A stretch of 64,000 nucleotides of DNA from Squalus acanthias (Eukaryota): NCBI GenBank assembly GCA_030390025.1, contig CM059453.1:7502001-7566000 (forward strand). Reading direction: 5' to 3'. Of this stretch, positions 24,205 through 38,302 are shown piece by piece (position 1 is the first letter of the stretch; each line of letters starts with the position of its first letter). Made by a program: the position numbers and the translations under genes. The notes beneath the pieces were generated by a model that made no database searches, was not told the DNA's origin, and was given only the letters and a program-made list of their open reading frames with translations.

Positions 24205-24630
24205 TTAAACGCCCTGTCTACCCTCTCAGGTGGTCGAACAATATCTCATGGCATTCGAAGAAGAGCAGGGAAGTTCTCCTAGTGTCCGACCCAATAGTCA
24301 TCCCTCACCTAACATCACTGAAAACAGATGATCTGGTCATTATCATAGCGCTGTTTGTGGGAGCTTGCTGAGCGCAAATTCGCCGCCGTGCTTCCTACAT
24401 TACAACAGTGACTACACCTCAAAATACTTAATTTTCTTGAATTGCTTTAGGACGTCCTGAGGTTGTGAAAGGCGCTACAGACATGCAATTTCATTCTTTC
24501 TTTCTTTCTTTCCTTCTTTCTTTATTTCTTTCTTTCTTTAGTTCCTTCTTACTTTCGTTCTTTCTTTCTTACTTTCTTTCTTTCGTTCCTTCTTTCTTTC
24601 TTACATTCTTTCTTTCTCTCCTTCTTTCTT
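24205..24630 (+). mobile_element. Deu-type SINE with long (TTTC)n tail
   Basis: ccctctcaggtgg...gctgtttgtgggagcttgc...ggttgtgaaaggcgcta, followed by a TTTC microsatellite at ~24495-24630. Confidence 0.8.
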
Positions 24631-24843
24631 GATGCGGAGATGCCGGTGTTGGACTGGGGTGGACAAAAATGAGAAGTCGCACAACACCAGGTTATAGTCC
24701 AACAGTTTTATTTGAAATTACGAGCTTTCGGAGCTCCGCTCCTTCTTCAGGTGCCTGATGAAGGAGCAGAGCTCCGAAAGCTCGTAATTTCAAATAAAAC
24801 TGTTGGACTAAACCTGGTGTTGCGCGACTTCTCATTTTTGTCC
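24631..24843. mobile_element. Penelope-type palindromic element
   Basis: 24661-24843 is a near-perfect inverted repeat (~90-bp arms, centre 24752-24753) inserted in the TTTC tract. Confidence 0.8.
24752..24786 (+). ncRNA. Minimal hammerhead ribozyme motif (second copy on minus strand, ~24719-24753)
   Basis: CTGATGA, A, GGAGC/AGA/GCTCC stem II, GAAA, GCTC, with stem I TGC/GTA. The minus strand has CTGAAGA-A-GGAGC-GGA-GCTCC-GAAAGCTC. Confidence 0.7.
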
Positions 24844-25559
24844 TTCTTTCTTGATCAGCCATGATCTCATTAAATGGCGGAGCAGGATCGACGGGCCGAA
24901 TGGCCTACTCCTATCTTCTATGTTTCTATGTTTCGATCTTTCTTTCCTTATTTCTATCTCTCTTGCTTTCTTTCTTCAATCTTTCTCTCTTTCTTTCTTT
25001 CCTTCTTTCTTTCTTATTTTCGATCTTATATGGGGACCTGTAAGCGATCATCGTGAACGACCGAAAACTGATGAAGAAATAGACAGTAAACACACTTTGA
25101 AATCTCCAATAATATAACAATTAAAACATTGCCTGACCGCGACGTTAAATGCGATTAAATTAACCTTTAAACACCTACCAACACTTTCTTTAGTAAAGCT
25201 ATTAAAAATCGTGACATTTTTACTAAAACGCTTTAAAATACATAATAACTGCCGAATAAAATAAACATTAAATACCACATTGCTAATTTGCTGAGGAATA
25301 ACTAACCGTCTACACTTTCTATAACAAAGTACCTTGTTATTTTGCCACAAGATGGAAATTGCTTCTGACAGAAATTATTAAAACTAATATTTCAACTTTG
25401 CTAAATATCAGAATGGAAATAAATGTAATACTCTTCATGGCTGGAGACGTTTCACAGAGTCAAAATTATAAAACAGATTATCTCAGATTTCAGATGAATC
25501 ACGTTTCCTGATTCTGCTCCCGTGCAATACACTGAATTTCCGAGCTAATCGAAGCAGAA

Positions 25560-28500
25560 TTCGAGTGTTCAGTTCTCCAGCACCCACCAATCCACGAGAA
25601 AGATGTGTGCAGGCAGTGCCTCCAGTTTCTCGAACTCGAGCTCAGGTTTTCTAAACTTGACCTGCGACTGGAGTCACTGCAGGGCATACGGGAGGCTTAG
25701 ATTTTCTTGGAACCGAGGTTCCAGGAGGTGATCACCCTGCAGCTGCAGAGAGTTTCTGAGAATAGGAAGAGGGTGGCCATCGGGCAGGGTAGGTAGAGGC
25801 AGGCAATGCAGGAATCCTCAAGGAGTGTGGCACTCTGAAACCGATTTTCAGCACCGAATGCCAGTGAGGGTGATGATACCTTGTGGGACTGCAGTCTACG
25901 TAACGTCCACGGCACTGTGGGCCAAACGACTGAACTGGGGGCACAGCAAAGTGTAGAAATGCAATAGTCATCGGTGATAGTTCAATAGTCAGGGATATAG
26001 ACAGCCGTTTCTGCAACCGCCAACGTCAGTACCGCATGATGTGTTGCCTTCCTGGTGCCAGTTGAAAGGATATCACTTGGAAGGTGCAGAACATTTTGAG
26101 GAAGAAGGGAACACTCAGAAGTCGTGGTCCATGTGGGAACCAATGACATAGGAAGGAAAGAGTACGAGGTTCTGCAGTCAGAGATTCAGGAGCTAGGGAG
26201 CAAGTTAGAAAGCAGGACTTCAAAGGTAGTAATCTCTTGATTCATCCCAGTGCCAGGCTGTCCGTGAGCATCGGAATAGTGTAGGATAGAGTCTGTAGCT
26301 TTTAAAAGCTCTTTAGAATAATCTGCCCATGACTACACAAACCACTCTGTGTACAGGTATATTGTGTATAATTAAAACAGGTTTATTAAGCATTAAACAT
26401 CCAGTACAAAGATGCAATACTTAACCAGAAGATAGTCGCAGTCTGTTCATCGAACCCCGGCATTCCTTCCGAGTGATGGGGCACGGTCTCTTTATTCTCT
26501 TGCTGTGTTCTGTTGACTGAAGCTTCTTCTTCCTCCTCTGGCTTCGCGCTGCTTTTGGTGTACAATATCTGCATTTTTATACCCTTTTTCTCCCATTTTG
26601 CCTTTGTGGCAGTAACTAACTCTCTGACACCTGGTAATTGTCCCTCCTCTCCTTGCCAATCATCTTAATGACGTCTTTAATCCCACTAGGTCTCGTTCTG
26701 TGCATAAAAAGATACCCTTATCTAAGAATGCCACTTTACAGAACATCCTTCAGATGTTTTCTGAACAGTTTGTCCATTCTGCAGTTTCTAAAATGAACGA
26801 TGTCTCCAATACCTAGCCCTCTTCTCTAGATCTTATCTCTTTTCCATAACATTACCAATTCTAAGTCTCCGACAGTGTCCGTGTTTATTCAGCACCACAT
26901 TCCATTACTTCAGTAATTTAAAACACAGGTTTTTAGTCAGGTTGGCATAATTTCCCATCCTGCTTTGGTCTCAGCCATTCGCTATTTTGTACAGGTTTTT
27001 TAGGTTTTTAACATACAATTTCACATATTATATTTATAAAGAAATGGTTATAGAATCTCAATAATGTTTACTAAATCCTACAGTTACAATCTATCCTACA
27101 ATAGTAGGATAAAACAGGGTAGCACGTGGCTGGAGACATGGTGCAGGAGGGTGCCCTGCAGAATCCTAGGCCACTGGGACCAGTTCTGGGTCAGGAAGGA
27201 CCTGTTCAAGGTTGGCGAGTTGCTCATCAACAGAGCTGGGACCAATGTCCTCGAGGGAAATTTAACTTATAACCTCGGGGAGGTTTTAAACTAGTTTTGC
27301 GAGGGGGAGGGAACCAAGATAAAACATTAGAGAGGAGAAACAAGGTGCACAGGGAACTGGAAATGACAAATAGCACTAGCGTAAAGGACAGTTGAGAAAT
27401 ATGAGGGCTCAGACAGGAGACAAATGCGAAACAGACTAAAATGAGTTGGCGTGTATGCACGTAAATAGACGGCGCTTGGTAAATAAGGTTGGTGAGCGGC
27501 AGGCACAAATCGCCACGTGGGACGATGATATAGTGGCATGAAGAGAGATCCGGCTAAATGATGGGGAGGACTGGGAACATAGCATTCCTGGCTACAAGTT
27601 ATTCAGGACAGATAAAAAAAAGGAAACAAAAGGAATGGGTGGCAGAACTGATCAAATAAACTCTGAAAGCACTGGAGAAAGATGATGTAGTTTAAGGGGA
27701 ACAGGCAGAGTCTATCAGTATAGGATTAAGGAAAATAGAGGAGAAAATATGCGACTGGATGTATACTACAGGCCATCAAGCAGTGGGGAGGAGATGGAGG
27801 AGCAAATTTGCAGTCAAATTGCAGAAAGATCCAAGAGCTACAGATTAAAGATAATGGTGCTAATTTCTCCTGATGTAGACTCGGTTAGTAACACTGGATA
27901 AAAAATAGGGTGAGGAATTCCTGAAATGTTTACGAGAACTTTCTTGATCAGTGTACTTCCAGTCCGCCGAGGAAGGAAGCAGTCTAGGGAATGACGTGGG
28001 GCGAGTGGAGCGTTTTCATTGGGAGAACATTTGGCTAACAGTGATCATAATATATAGGTTTGGATTGATTATGGAAAAGGACAAGGTGCAATCAAGCGTA
28101 AAAAAGACTTAACTGGAAGCGGGCTAACTTCACTGAAATGGAAAGAGATCTAGCTCAGTTGGATTGGAATCAAAAATTGTTCGGCAAAACAGTAATTGAA
28201 CAATGGGAGGCCTTCAAAGTGGAGACGGTTCGGGTGCAGTTTATAGACACTACCACGAGGGGGAAAGGAAGAGCACGCGAAGCTCGAGCTCCCTGGATGA
28301 CTAAAGATATAGGAGTTAAAATGAGACAGAAAAAGAAGGCTTATAACAAATGTAAGGTTAATAATACAGAAGGGAACCAAGCTGAATAGGGAAATTAGAG
28401 AGAAGATATAAACAACGCGAATAAGAGGGGCAAACAGAGAGTATGAGAATAGATTAGCGGCGACTATAAAAGTGAAACCAAAAGTCATTTACCAACATTA

Positions 28501-30243
28501 AGTACTTAAAGTTTAGTCAAAGGAAAGGTTGACCCGATTAGCGAATACAAAGTGGATCTTGCCGAATCAGGTGGCATGGCTGAGGTAAAAAATCTGAATT
28601 TTGCATCTGGTGTCACGAGGGAAGAGGATGCTGCCAATGTAGCAATAAAGGAGGAGGCAGTAGCGATGCTGGAGAGGATACAAATTGATAAAGATGAGGT
28701 ATAAATAGGTTGTCAGTCCTCATAGGAGATGACTCTAAGTCTACCGAGAGAAGTAAGGGTGGAAATGCATGAAGCTGTGGCCACAATCTTCCAAACCTCC
28801 TAGGCTATGGGGGTGGTGCCAGAGGACTGGATGGAGGAAAGCAAATTTTACAGCACTGTTTAAAAAAGGGAAAGAAATAAACTCGACAGCTACAGGCCAG
28901 TCAGCCTAACTTCGGTTATCGGGAAACTTTTAGAGACAATGATCTGGGATAACGTTAATTGGCATTTGGAAAAGTATGGGGTAAACGTCAGCACGGTTTG
29001 GCTCAAATCAAATCGTGTTTGGTTAACTTGATCGATTTCTTTGATGAAGTAATGGAGAGGGTTGATCAGGGTAGTGCGGTGGATGTTGTGTACGTGGAAT
29101 TTCACAAGGTACTTGACAAAGTACTGCATAATAAACTTGTTAACAAAATTAAATTCCATGGGATTAAAGGGACAGTGGCTGCATGGATACGAAATTGATT
29201 ACCGGACAGAAAGCAAGGAGCAGTGGTGAACGGTTGTTATTCAGACTGGGAGGAAGTCTACAGTGGTGTACCCCCAGGGGTCGGATTTAGGACCACTGCA
29301 ATTTTTGATATATATTAATGACCTGGACATTATATGAGGCATTTTTAAATTTTTTGCAGAGGGTAACTAACTCAGAAATGTAGTAAACAATGAGGAGGAT
29401 AATAACAACGTCAGGAGGAAATAAACAGGCTGGTAAAATGAGCAGAAACAAGGCAGATGATATTTAACGCAGAGAATTGTGATGTGATACATTCTGGAAG
29501 GAAGCATGAGCAGATGTAGCATGAACTAAATGGTACAATTATAAAGGGAGTGCAGGAACAGAGAGACCTGGGATGTATGTGCACAAATCTTTGAAGGTCG
29601 CAGGATAAGTTCAGAAGGCTGCTAAAAAAAACATATGCAATCCTTGCCTCTATTAATAGAGGAATAGAGTACAAAAGCAAGGACGATTTTTTAAACCTTT
29701 ATGAAAAACTGGTTAGGCCCCAGCTGGAGTATTGTGTTCAATTCTGGGCACCACACTTTAGGAAGGATGCCTTGGAGAGGGTGACGAAGAGATTTATTGG
29801 AATGGTTCCAGGGATGAGGGACTTCATTTATGTGGAGAGACTGGAGAAGCTGGGGTTGTTCTCCTTGGAGCTGAGAAGTATAAGAGGGGGTTTAATAAAG
29901 CTGTTCAAAATCCGGAAGGGCTTTGATAGTGTAAATAAGTTACAACTGTTTCCAGCGGCAGAAGGGTCGGTAAAAAGAATACACAGATTTAAAATGATTG
30001 GCAAAAGAACCAACGATGATATGAGGAATTAATGTTACACAGAGAGTTGCTGTGATCTGGAATGCACTGCCTGAAACGGTGCTGAAGCAAATTCAATTAT
30101 AACAGTCAAAAGTGAATTGGATAAATACTTGAAAGAAAAAAAACTACAAAGAGAAGGAAAATGGTATTAATTCAATAAAGAGCCGGCACGGGCAAGATGG
30201 GCCGAATGGCCTCCTTCTTTTCTGTATCATTCTCTGATTCTAT
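25560..30243 (+). mobile_element. Old, near full-length CR1 (ORF1 esterase, EN, RT, 3' tail), interrupted by a solo LTR
   Basis: Degenerate IVIGDS and VHVGTND coding at 25960-26150, RT fragments at 28960-30030, and a ctgtatcattctctgattctat tail. Confidence 0.88.
26280..27100 (-). mobile_element. Solo LTR, 821 bp
   Basis: TGTAGGATAGA...TCTATCCTACA termini; ATAG TSD at 26276-26279 and 27101-27104; minus-strand TATAAAA (~26576-26582) and AATAAA (~26382-26387). Confidence 0.85.
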
Positions 30244-32159
30244 TGACCGGGTTATCTCGGGCAGCTTTCGACACTTCTCCACTGTTAGTGACCACAACTG
30301 TGAGCGTTGTGGAACAGTTCGAATATGACAATGTACATCAGTGTATGGCTAACAGTTACTGCTAAACACGCCTTAGCAGGGGTATAGCCAACCCCCCACA
30401 TTATCTGTACAGTTAGAGGTCAGTCGATGGCATTTTAGAATTCAAGCTCTAAAATAATTTTCTACGCCAACTTCAGACACCTCGACTCACACCTCCCACA
30501 TACTTAGCTATTTATGGGCCCTTGAACTATGTTTGAAATGCGCAGCTGTGGTTAGTTCTGCAGGCGCTGTCTGCAGACATGTGGGTTGATGACCTTTAGT
30601 GGTGCGGGGCACAGCACGTATCTGAAATGTCAAAGCTACAACAGAGTCTGTCAATAAACTTTTTCTCACGGGAAAACTGCCAGCTTCAGAAGTGACTTCA
30701 CTTGTTTATATTGACACTCCAGCGATATGAAATCTGCTGAAATTAACTCATTTATAATCTCGTTGCTACAATGACCCGTTTCTGATTTTCTGATTTCAGT
30801 TCTAGATCTGGGACGTGTGAAGTGGTCTTCTGGTTTTAGATTCGAATTTCAATGCTACAGGAATCAATACGGATTTTTTTTTAATCTAAGGGATGAAATC
30901 CCCTTTAATTGATCAAATCCTGGATCCATTCCGGACTCTCAGTAAAACACTGACCACATTCAAAATGGACACATTTAGGACTAGATTAAGAACAGAATCA
31001 GTTCAGACTAGTTGGCAGATAAGAGAACCGTATCACTGCTGCCATGGAAACGGGGTAAGTGATCAATCGCTACCTGACCTTATGGATCTCAGTAAAACAC
31101 CTCGGATGTGCCTCGTACAGTTTTCAGAACTCACTTTTCCGTTGTCTATTTCATAATTCTAAGCCCCAAATCCGTTTCACTTTCATAAGGAAATCCCTTA
31201 TTTCTGGCGCGCTCGCACGTTACCATGTTCCATTCATACTTATTGGACTTTTCAACAGGGGGAACAGAATTCATTTTCCGAGTTAACCCACACGCACAGG
31301 AAGAGGGGTAAGACAGCCACGCGAGTTAAGTCAAGACCGTTGGACATCCCGGGCACCCAAAGCCTTGTGGAAAATCATATAATTCAGCAATGACATAACA
31401 GGTCAGTCGTGATAAGTGTGGGGGATCTATATTAGTAAAAATGTTGGGTAAATAGTTCATCAGAATTGAAAACCAACGAAAAGCAAACTTTTTACTAAAG
31501 TGAGTAAAAGTCTCGACGGGACAACTGAGGCCGAAATTAGAGAATGATGATCAATCCCTTACTAACCGCTTAGTAGAAGGCTATTAGAAGATATAAAATA
31601 TCTTCGGGAGTGAATGGAAATGCAGTAATAGATCTGCATAATGTGCAAATAGTACAGCGGATGGATAGTTCCCCCGAGGAAAACACCAGGTGGTGCTTTG
31701 AATGTGATTTTATGTGACTTTACAGGATACATACGCACATGCAGTCCGGAGTGCCAGTTCCCCTGAAATATCTATGGGTTCCGGAATTCAGGAATGGGAG
31801 TGTTACATTCTCGCGAGTGCCCTATGATTATCCCAATCACTCAAGGATATTAAATGTGGTTGAGAGTCAGTGAGAGTGAATTGCACAGAGTCAAGGTGCG
31901 GCGACCATGGGACCAATAATCATTCCTCGATCAATATATTCCTCTTCTTACTAATGGTGCTGACACTAATTGCAGGAGGGATGGGACGGCCTTGTGTGTG
32001 TGATGTGTAACAAAAAGCGTTCTGTAGCAGCAGATGAATGAGTACCTTAATGCACAGTCCTGGCCACCATATTATTAACAACGGATAGACGCACTGGGGA
32101 AGGAACAACAAGAATTGCAAGATGGTACCAGTACTGAGGGGGTTATAACTATCAAGGAG

Positions 32160-34000
32160 GATTGAGCCCCCTTGTGCTCTTTTCTGTCGAAGATTTCTGG
32201 CTCAGAGGTGACCTTACAGAGGTCTTTAAAATTATAAAGGGATATAATATGTTTGACGAATGGAAGAGGTTTAAAAATGTTAGGGAGTCCTACACTAGTT
32301 GTCTTCAATATAATATATTTACTAATAAATCCAATAAGGCATTCAGGAGAATATATTTAAGAAGGAGATTGATAGATTTCCTGAAACAAGAGGCATCAAG
32401 GGGTATGGGGAGAGAGCGGGATATGTCATTGAGATAGAGGATCAGCCAATATCATATTGAATGGCGGAGCAGGCTGGAAGGGCCGAATGGCCTACTCCTG
32501 CTCCTATTTTTCTATGTTTCTATGAAACATGACAGTGGTTAGAATGTCGAACTTGCTGCCACATGGAATGGATGAGGCGAACAGCATAGATGCATTTAAG
32601 GGGATACTAGAGAGATACATGAGGGTAAGAGGAATAGTAGGTTATACTGATAGGGTTGGATGAAGTAGGATGGGAGGAGGCCCAAATAGACATGTTGTGC
32701 CAAATGGCCTGTTTCTGTGCCTTACATTGTAAGTAATTCTATGTAATTAACCTATTGCACGCAGGGAATCACTCCCCTAACTCAGTGGTATACATGATGT
32801 CTCAAAGAAAATCATCCCCCGCCCACAATATTGATGCTGGTGTCTTGGGAATAATCAGTAATCTCCGCACTATAGAACTGTTAGTCTCACATCTATTGTG
32901 GGAAATTTATTGGAATCCATTGTTAATGACAGAGTGACTGAGGACAACAGATATTAGAGCTGATGAGAGATCTCCAACTAGGATTTGTAAAGTGTAATTC
33001 ATGTCAAAAAACTCAATTGATTTCATTGAGGAATTTACTGCAATAGTAGACAAGGGAATGTTTATGGAAGTCGTCCATATGCACTTTTAGAAGGCAATCA
33101 ATAACCTTCCACCTAAGTGCTTGTAAGCTAAAATTAAAGTTCATGGCATTGAAGGCAAATTGTTGATGGTTCGGAGACTGGTTAGGCTTCATAAGACAGA
33201 GTGTTGGGATAATGGTTATGTACTCGAATTGGAAGAAAGTGAGTCGTGGGTTCCCACAAGCGTCTGTGCTGTGGCCTCACATTATTAGGAATGACTTAGA
33301 TAACATAATAGGGAGCCATATATCCACGTTTGCTGATGATATAAAGATTGGTGACATAGTTGGGAGTGCAGACGGGAGCATTACATTGCAACGTGACTTT
33401 GATATATTAAGTGGTTGGGCAAAACTGTGGCAGATGGATTGCAACACAGGATACATGTGAGGTCATCCATTTTGGAACAAAAATGATCGATCCGAGTATT
33501 TATTAAATGTTGAAAAACTAGGAAAAGTGGTGATCCAATGAGATTTAGGGATCCATGTACACAGACTCTAAAATGTCAGTTGCTAAACCTGATCTAAAAG
33601 GCTGATGAGATGTAAGCCTTTATAATTAGTTGGCTAGAATATATAGGGGCGGAAGTTTTGCTGCATCTAAAAAATTGCCCTGGTTAGACAACATCTGGAA
33701 TACTGGGCACTGTTCTGGGCAGCTCACCTTAGCAATGTTACATTTCGCTTGGAAGGAGTACAGCGCAATTTAAAAGGAATTGACAGGGTAGATAGAGAGA
33801 AACATTTTCCGCCAATGGGGGAGTCTAGTACAAGGGAACATAACTATAAAATCAGAGAGAGAGACCATTCAGGAGAGAAGTTAGAAAACACGTCATCACA
33901 GAATGTGTGGTAGCAGTGTGGAACTCGCTCCCACAAAAAGCAGTAGTTGCTAGCAAATTTATTAATCTTAATTCTGAGATCGATAGATTTTTGCTAGCTC
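32160..34000 (+). mobile_element. Cluster of degenerate CR1 fragments
   Basis: LRGDLTEVFKIIKG, a CR1 tail ending ~32523, and RT fragment ISTFADDIKIG (33212-33460). Confidence 0.8.
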
Positions 34001-34769
34001 TCAACTAACGCCCAGTTCGGTTTAGGCTGACTAGTTTAGGATTGTGTGTTCAGATTGGGAATCCAGTTTTTTTTAGACTGACCAGATCCAGGATTCATGC
34101 ACAGAGAGGGTACCCAGTTTCGTTTTGCTGACTATTTCAGAATCAAGGCATAGTTTGGTTTTACTGACTAGATTAAGAATGTGTGTTCAGATTAAGATTC
34201 CAATTTAATTTAGCGATGTTTGTTCGGACAGAAGTAAGGCGTTCAGGGGAATAGAAGGGATTCAGGAGGAAGAAATTGGACAGGTGGGGAGAAAGGGGTG
34301 CTGGGGGCAGGTTGCCGGTTCAGGCGGTGAAGGAGGAGCGGCAGGCAGGCTAACCCCGTTGGCCCGCGGTTTGAGTCTCCAGCTCGCGTCCCTGCCTGTC
34401 CCCCGATTCCAGGTGCCGGTTGAACGGAGGGGTGATGGCAGCCCCGCCTTCCCACAATGCAATTCGGCCGAAAAAAGTGCCAGATCGGACCACGCTGCAC
34501 TCTGGCAGGACGAATCACCTGACCCCGTGAACACCCAGGTTTGTCGACCAAGGCAGGGAAGTTTCAAATGGAGGTGAGGTCAATTCCGAGTATTGGCAAG
34601 GTGGCGGAGGAGGGGAGAGGCAGGCCAGCAGCGGCCCAGTTGGCTCTGACGTCTGCGTGTTGAGCTCACTTTCCGTCAGCCCACAGATCCCCTCGTCCAA
34701 ATTCTCCTTCATTTTAAAGCTCCCATTTTAACAAACATTTAAAATCCTCTTTGTAACCCCACTTCATTA

Positions 34770-35560
34770 ACTCCACATAAGAAATTAGCTTGCAAAGATA
34801 AAGCACATGGGCTTGGGGGTAAGGTACTGACTTGGATAGAGAACTGGTTGGCAGACAGGAAGCAACGAGTTGGAATAAACGGGTCTTTTCAGAGTGGCAG
34901 GCAGTGACTCGTGGGGTACCGCAGGGACCGGTGCGAGGACCCCAGCTATTCACAATATATATTAATGATCTGGACGAGGGAACTAGATGTAATATCTCCA
35001 AGTTTGCAGACGACACAAAGCAGGGTGGGCGTGTGTGCTGTGAGGAGAATGCAGCGAATCTCCAGTATGATTTGGACAGGTTGGGTGATTGGGCAGATGC
35101 ATGGCAGATGCAGTATAATGTGGATAAATGCGAGGTTATCCACTTTGGTGGCAAAAACAGGAAGGCAGATTAGTATCTGAACGGCAATAGATTGGGAAAA
35201 GGGGAAGTGCAACGAGACCTTGGTGTCCTTGTGCACCAGTCGCTGAAGTTAAGCATGCAGGTGCAGCAGGCGGTTAAGAAGGCATATGGTATGTTGGTCT
35301 TCATAGCAAGAGGATTCGAGTACAGGAGCAAGGATGTCTTGCTGCAGTTGCACAGGGCCTTGGTGAGACCACACCTTGAGTATTTTGTGCAGTTTGGTCG
35401 CTTTATCTGAGGAAGGATGTTCTTGCCATGGAGGGAGTGCAGCGAAGATTCACCAGACTGATACCTGGGATGTCAGGAATGACGTATGAAGAGAGATTGG
35501 GTCGACTGGGCTTATATTCGCTAGAGTTTAGAAGAATGAGAGGGGATCTCATTGAAACTT
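34770..35560 (+). mobile_element. CR1 RT fragment
   Basis: GVPQG..PQLFTIYINDLDEG..SKFADD..WQMQYNVDKC. Confidence 0.9.
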
Positions 35561-36197
35561 AGAAAAGTGTGTTTATGCTCCACACAAGCTTCCTGCCAAC
35601 CAGTTTATCTCACCCCATCAGCATATCCTTCTATTCCTTTCTCCCTCATGCACTTATCTAGCTTCCCATTACATGCATCTATGCTATTCGCCTCAACTAT
35701 TCCATGTGAGTTCCACGTTCGAACCATTCTCTAGGTAAAGCGTTTTATCATGTATTCACTGTTGTTGACTTTCTTATATTAAAGGCCCTTAATTTTCCAA
35801 TCCCCCCACAATTGTAAACATCATCTCTAGATATACCCTATCAATCCCCTTCATAATTTTAAAGGACTCTGTTAGCCTCCTGCACCATGTTGCCTTGGTT
35901 CAACCTGCTCATCCATCCTGCAGGCTTTTCCCTCATCCACCCAGGTAGCAAAAACCTCATAACTTCTGGACAAGGTTAAAGCCTGAGGCTCCACTAACTA
36001 TTAGCTGAGCCGTTCCTCTTCATTTATCTCGAGAAAAGAGAGTGAGAGCGTGTCGGTGACAGAGAGAGAAAGAGAGGGGGAGACGGTTGTGCACTCAGAC
36101 CAGGGCCCGATTTGTTTTTCCTATTTCCCCTGGTTTGGGGAAATGCGGTCAGATTGAGGGCCCAGTTGGTTTGGATTGACGAGCTAATGAATGTTTG

Positions 36198-36543
36198 TAG
36201 GGTAGATCCTGAGAGGTTGTTTCCTCTGGCTGGATTGTCTAGAACTAGAGGGCATAGTCTCAGGATAAGGGGTAGGCCATCTAGGACTGAGATGGGGAGG
36301 AATTTCTTCCCTCAGAGGGATGTGAATCTTTGGAATTCTCTGCCCCAGAGGCCTGTGACTGCTGAGTCTTTGAGTTTATTCACGGCTGAGATAGAAAGAT
36401 TTTTCGAATCTTGGTATATGGAGATCGGGCGGGGAAGTGGAGTTGAGGTCGATGATCAGCCATGATCTTATTGAATGGCGGAGCAGGCTCGAGGGGCCGT
36501 ATGTCTTACTCCTGCTCTTATTTTTTATGTTCTTATGTTCTTA
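36198..36543 (+). mobile_element. CR1 3' end
   Basis: RVDPERLFPLAGLSRTRGHSLRI plus (ttatgttc)n tail. Confidence 0.88.
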
Positions 36544-37109
36544 TTGAGGGTCAAGTTTGGTTTTACTGACTAGTTCACTGACGGGTGTTCAGGTCGAGGT
36601 TCCACTTTGTTTTAGACTGAAAGATTACGGATTTTGGTACTGATTCAGCCCAATTCTGGTATTTGACTAGTTCAGGGATATGTGTTTAGATTTGAGACCC
36701 AGTTTGGATTTAAGACTGCCGGTTCATATGAAGCATCTTCTGTGTCTCACACACTGCTCTATTTCGATGTGCCTGCTCCGAGGTGGTTTTATTTACCGCT
36801 AGTGCCAGTACAGCTCCAGAGCAGAGGCTTGAGCAGCTCGGTTCTATTTGGAGCCCAATTAGTTGTGGTGACAGCAGGCCATCGATGACGTTCTTGTGTG
36901 GAGATCATGTTGGGCAATTGAACGATACTCAGATTAATTGTTAATCAGGCAGCATCCGGTTATAGACTGTACTGCATTGTGAAAAGACACTTAGTGTTTC
37001 CAGCTGTATGTTTAAACTGCAAAGTATAGTAAGAGCTCAGATTATCCATATTAAAAATATATCCACGTAATAACTAATACTGGCTAATAATCATCAAGCT
37101 ATTCAGCTG

Positions 37110-37545
37110 TCAGCTGTCGTTCAATTGGTAGCACTCTCAGCTCTGAGTCGAAAGTTCGTACTCCAGAGAGGTGAGCAGAAAAACGAGGCTGGCACTCCCA
37201 GTGCAGAACGGGTGGAGATCTGCACTGTCGAAGGTCACCTTTTTCAATTGGGACGGTAAAACATGGCCCCGTCTTCTCTCTCTGGTGGACCTAACCAATC
37301 CGCTGCCTCTATTTAGAAGAAAAGCCACAGAGATCTACCCGGTGTCCTGGGCCAATATTTATCCCTCAATCACCCTCGCCAATAAAATAATATCACATTG
37401 CTGTTTGTGGGAGCTTGCTGTGCTCAATTGGCCGCCGCGTTTCCTACATTACAACACTGACTACACATCAAAAGTACTTCCTTGGCTGTAAAGCGCTTTA
37501 GGACGCCTTGAGTTCGTGAAAGGCGCTATAGAAATTCATTTTTTT
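37110..37545 (+). mobile_element. tRNA-headed Deu-type SINE (paralog at ~42330-42730)
   Basis: cagctgtcgttcaattggtagcactctc head, central domain, and aaaggcgctata tail. Confidence 0.8.
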
Positions 37546-38302
37546 TCTACTGTCTCCTCGAAGATGTTGCTTTGTAGCGTTATTTTTTTAATTTATTCGT
37601 TCATGGGATGTGGGCGTCGCTAGCAAGGCCAGCATTTATTGCCCATCCCTAATTGCCCCTTGAGAAGGTGGTGATGAGCCGCCTTCTTGAACCGCTGCAG
37701 TCCGTGTGGTGAAGGTACTCCCGCAATGACACACCTTTAACGTCCTTATCCCGAATTTCTCTACTCCAGTATTTCAAAATGTTATAAATCTCTTTGAAAT
37801 AAACGGATCATAAGCTCTCAATTCACTTTCAGATGCTGCCCGACCCGCGGTGTATTTCAACATTTTATCTCTTTTTTTATGAATGGATTGCCTCTGCTGG
37901 GATTGTAATATATTTCTTTCAAACAGAGACAAAAGCCATTTTTGTTTCCTTTATCAGACACTAAGCATTGCAAACAGACCCACTCCCACACAAAACATAT
38001 TCCACCAGCCATCTCTAACAGTCAACTGCAACCCACTAGGCCATGAGGTCACACGTTCCCGCACCCAATGGACAGGACAATACATCAAAACCACCAAGGC
38101 AGCGCAGTTCTGACTGATTCTCCAAATGCTGCAGGGAATGGCTTTAAGATGGTTCGGGTAGTATGTGGAATATGAACGGCATCTCTCACTCCCTGCATCC
38201 TCATTGTGTTGAATTTAAAGTTCCTCACATCAATTCCCACTTTAACTCTATCCTTTCGCAAGATCTCCAATCAGTGAAGCTCTACCGTATTCCCCCTCCC
38301 AA

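Noticed and set aside
25330-25375. Possible decayed leader exon of the inverted V gene (caag|gtac on minus)
   Set aside because: Only weak similarity to the copy B leader, no ATG, and an in-frame stop.
37110-37160. tRNA gene
   Set aside because: It is the decayed tRNA-derived head of a SINE and lacks a complete cloverleaf.
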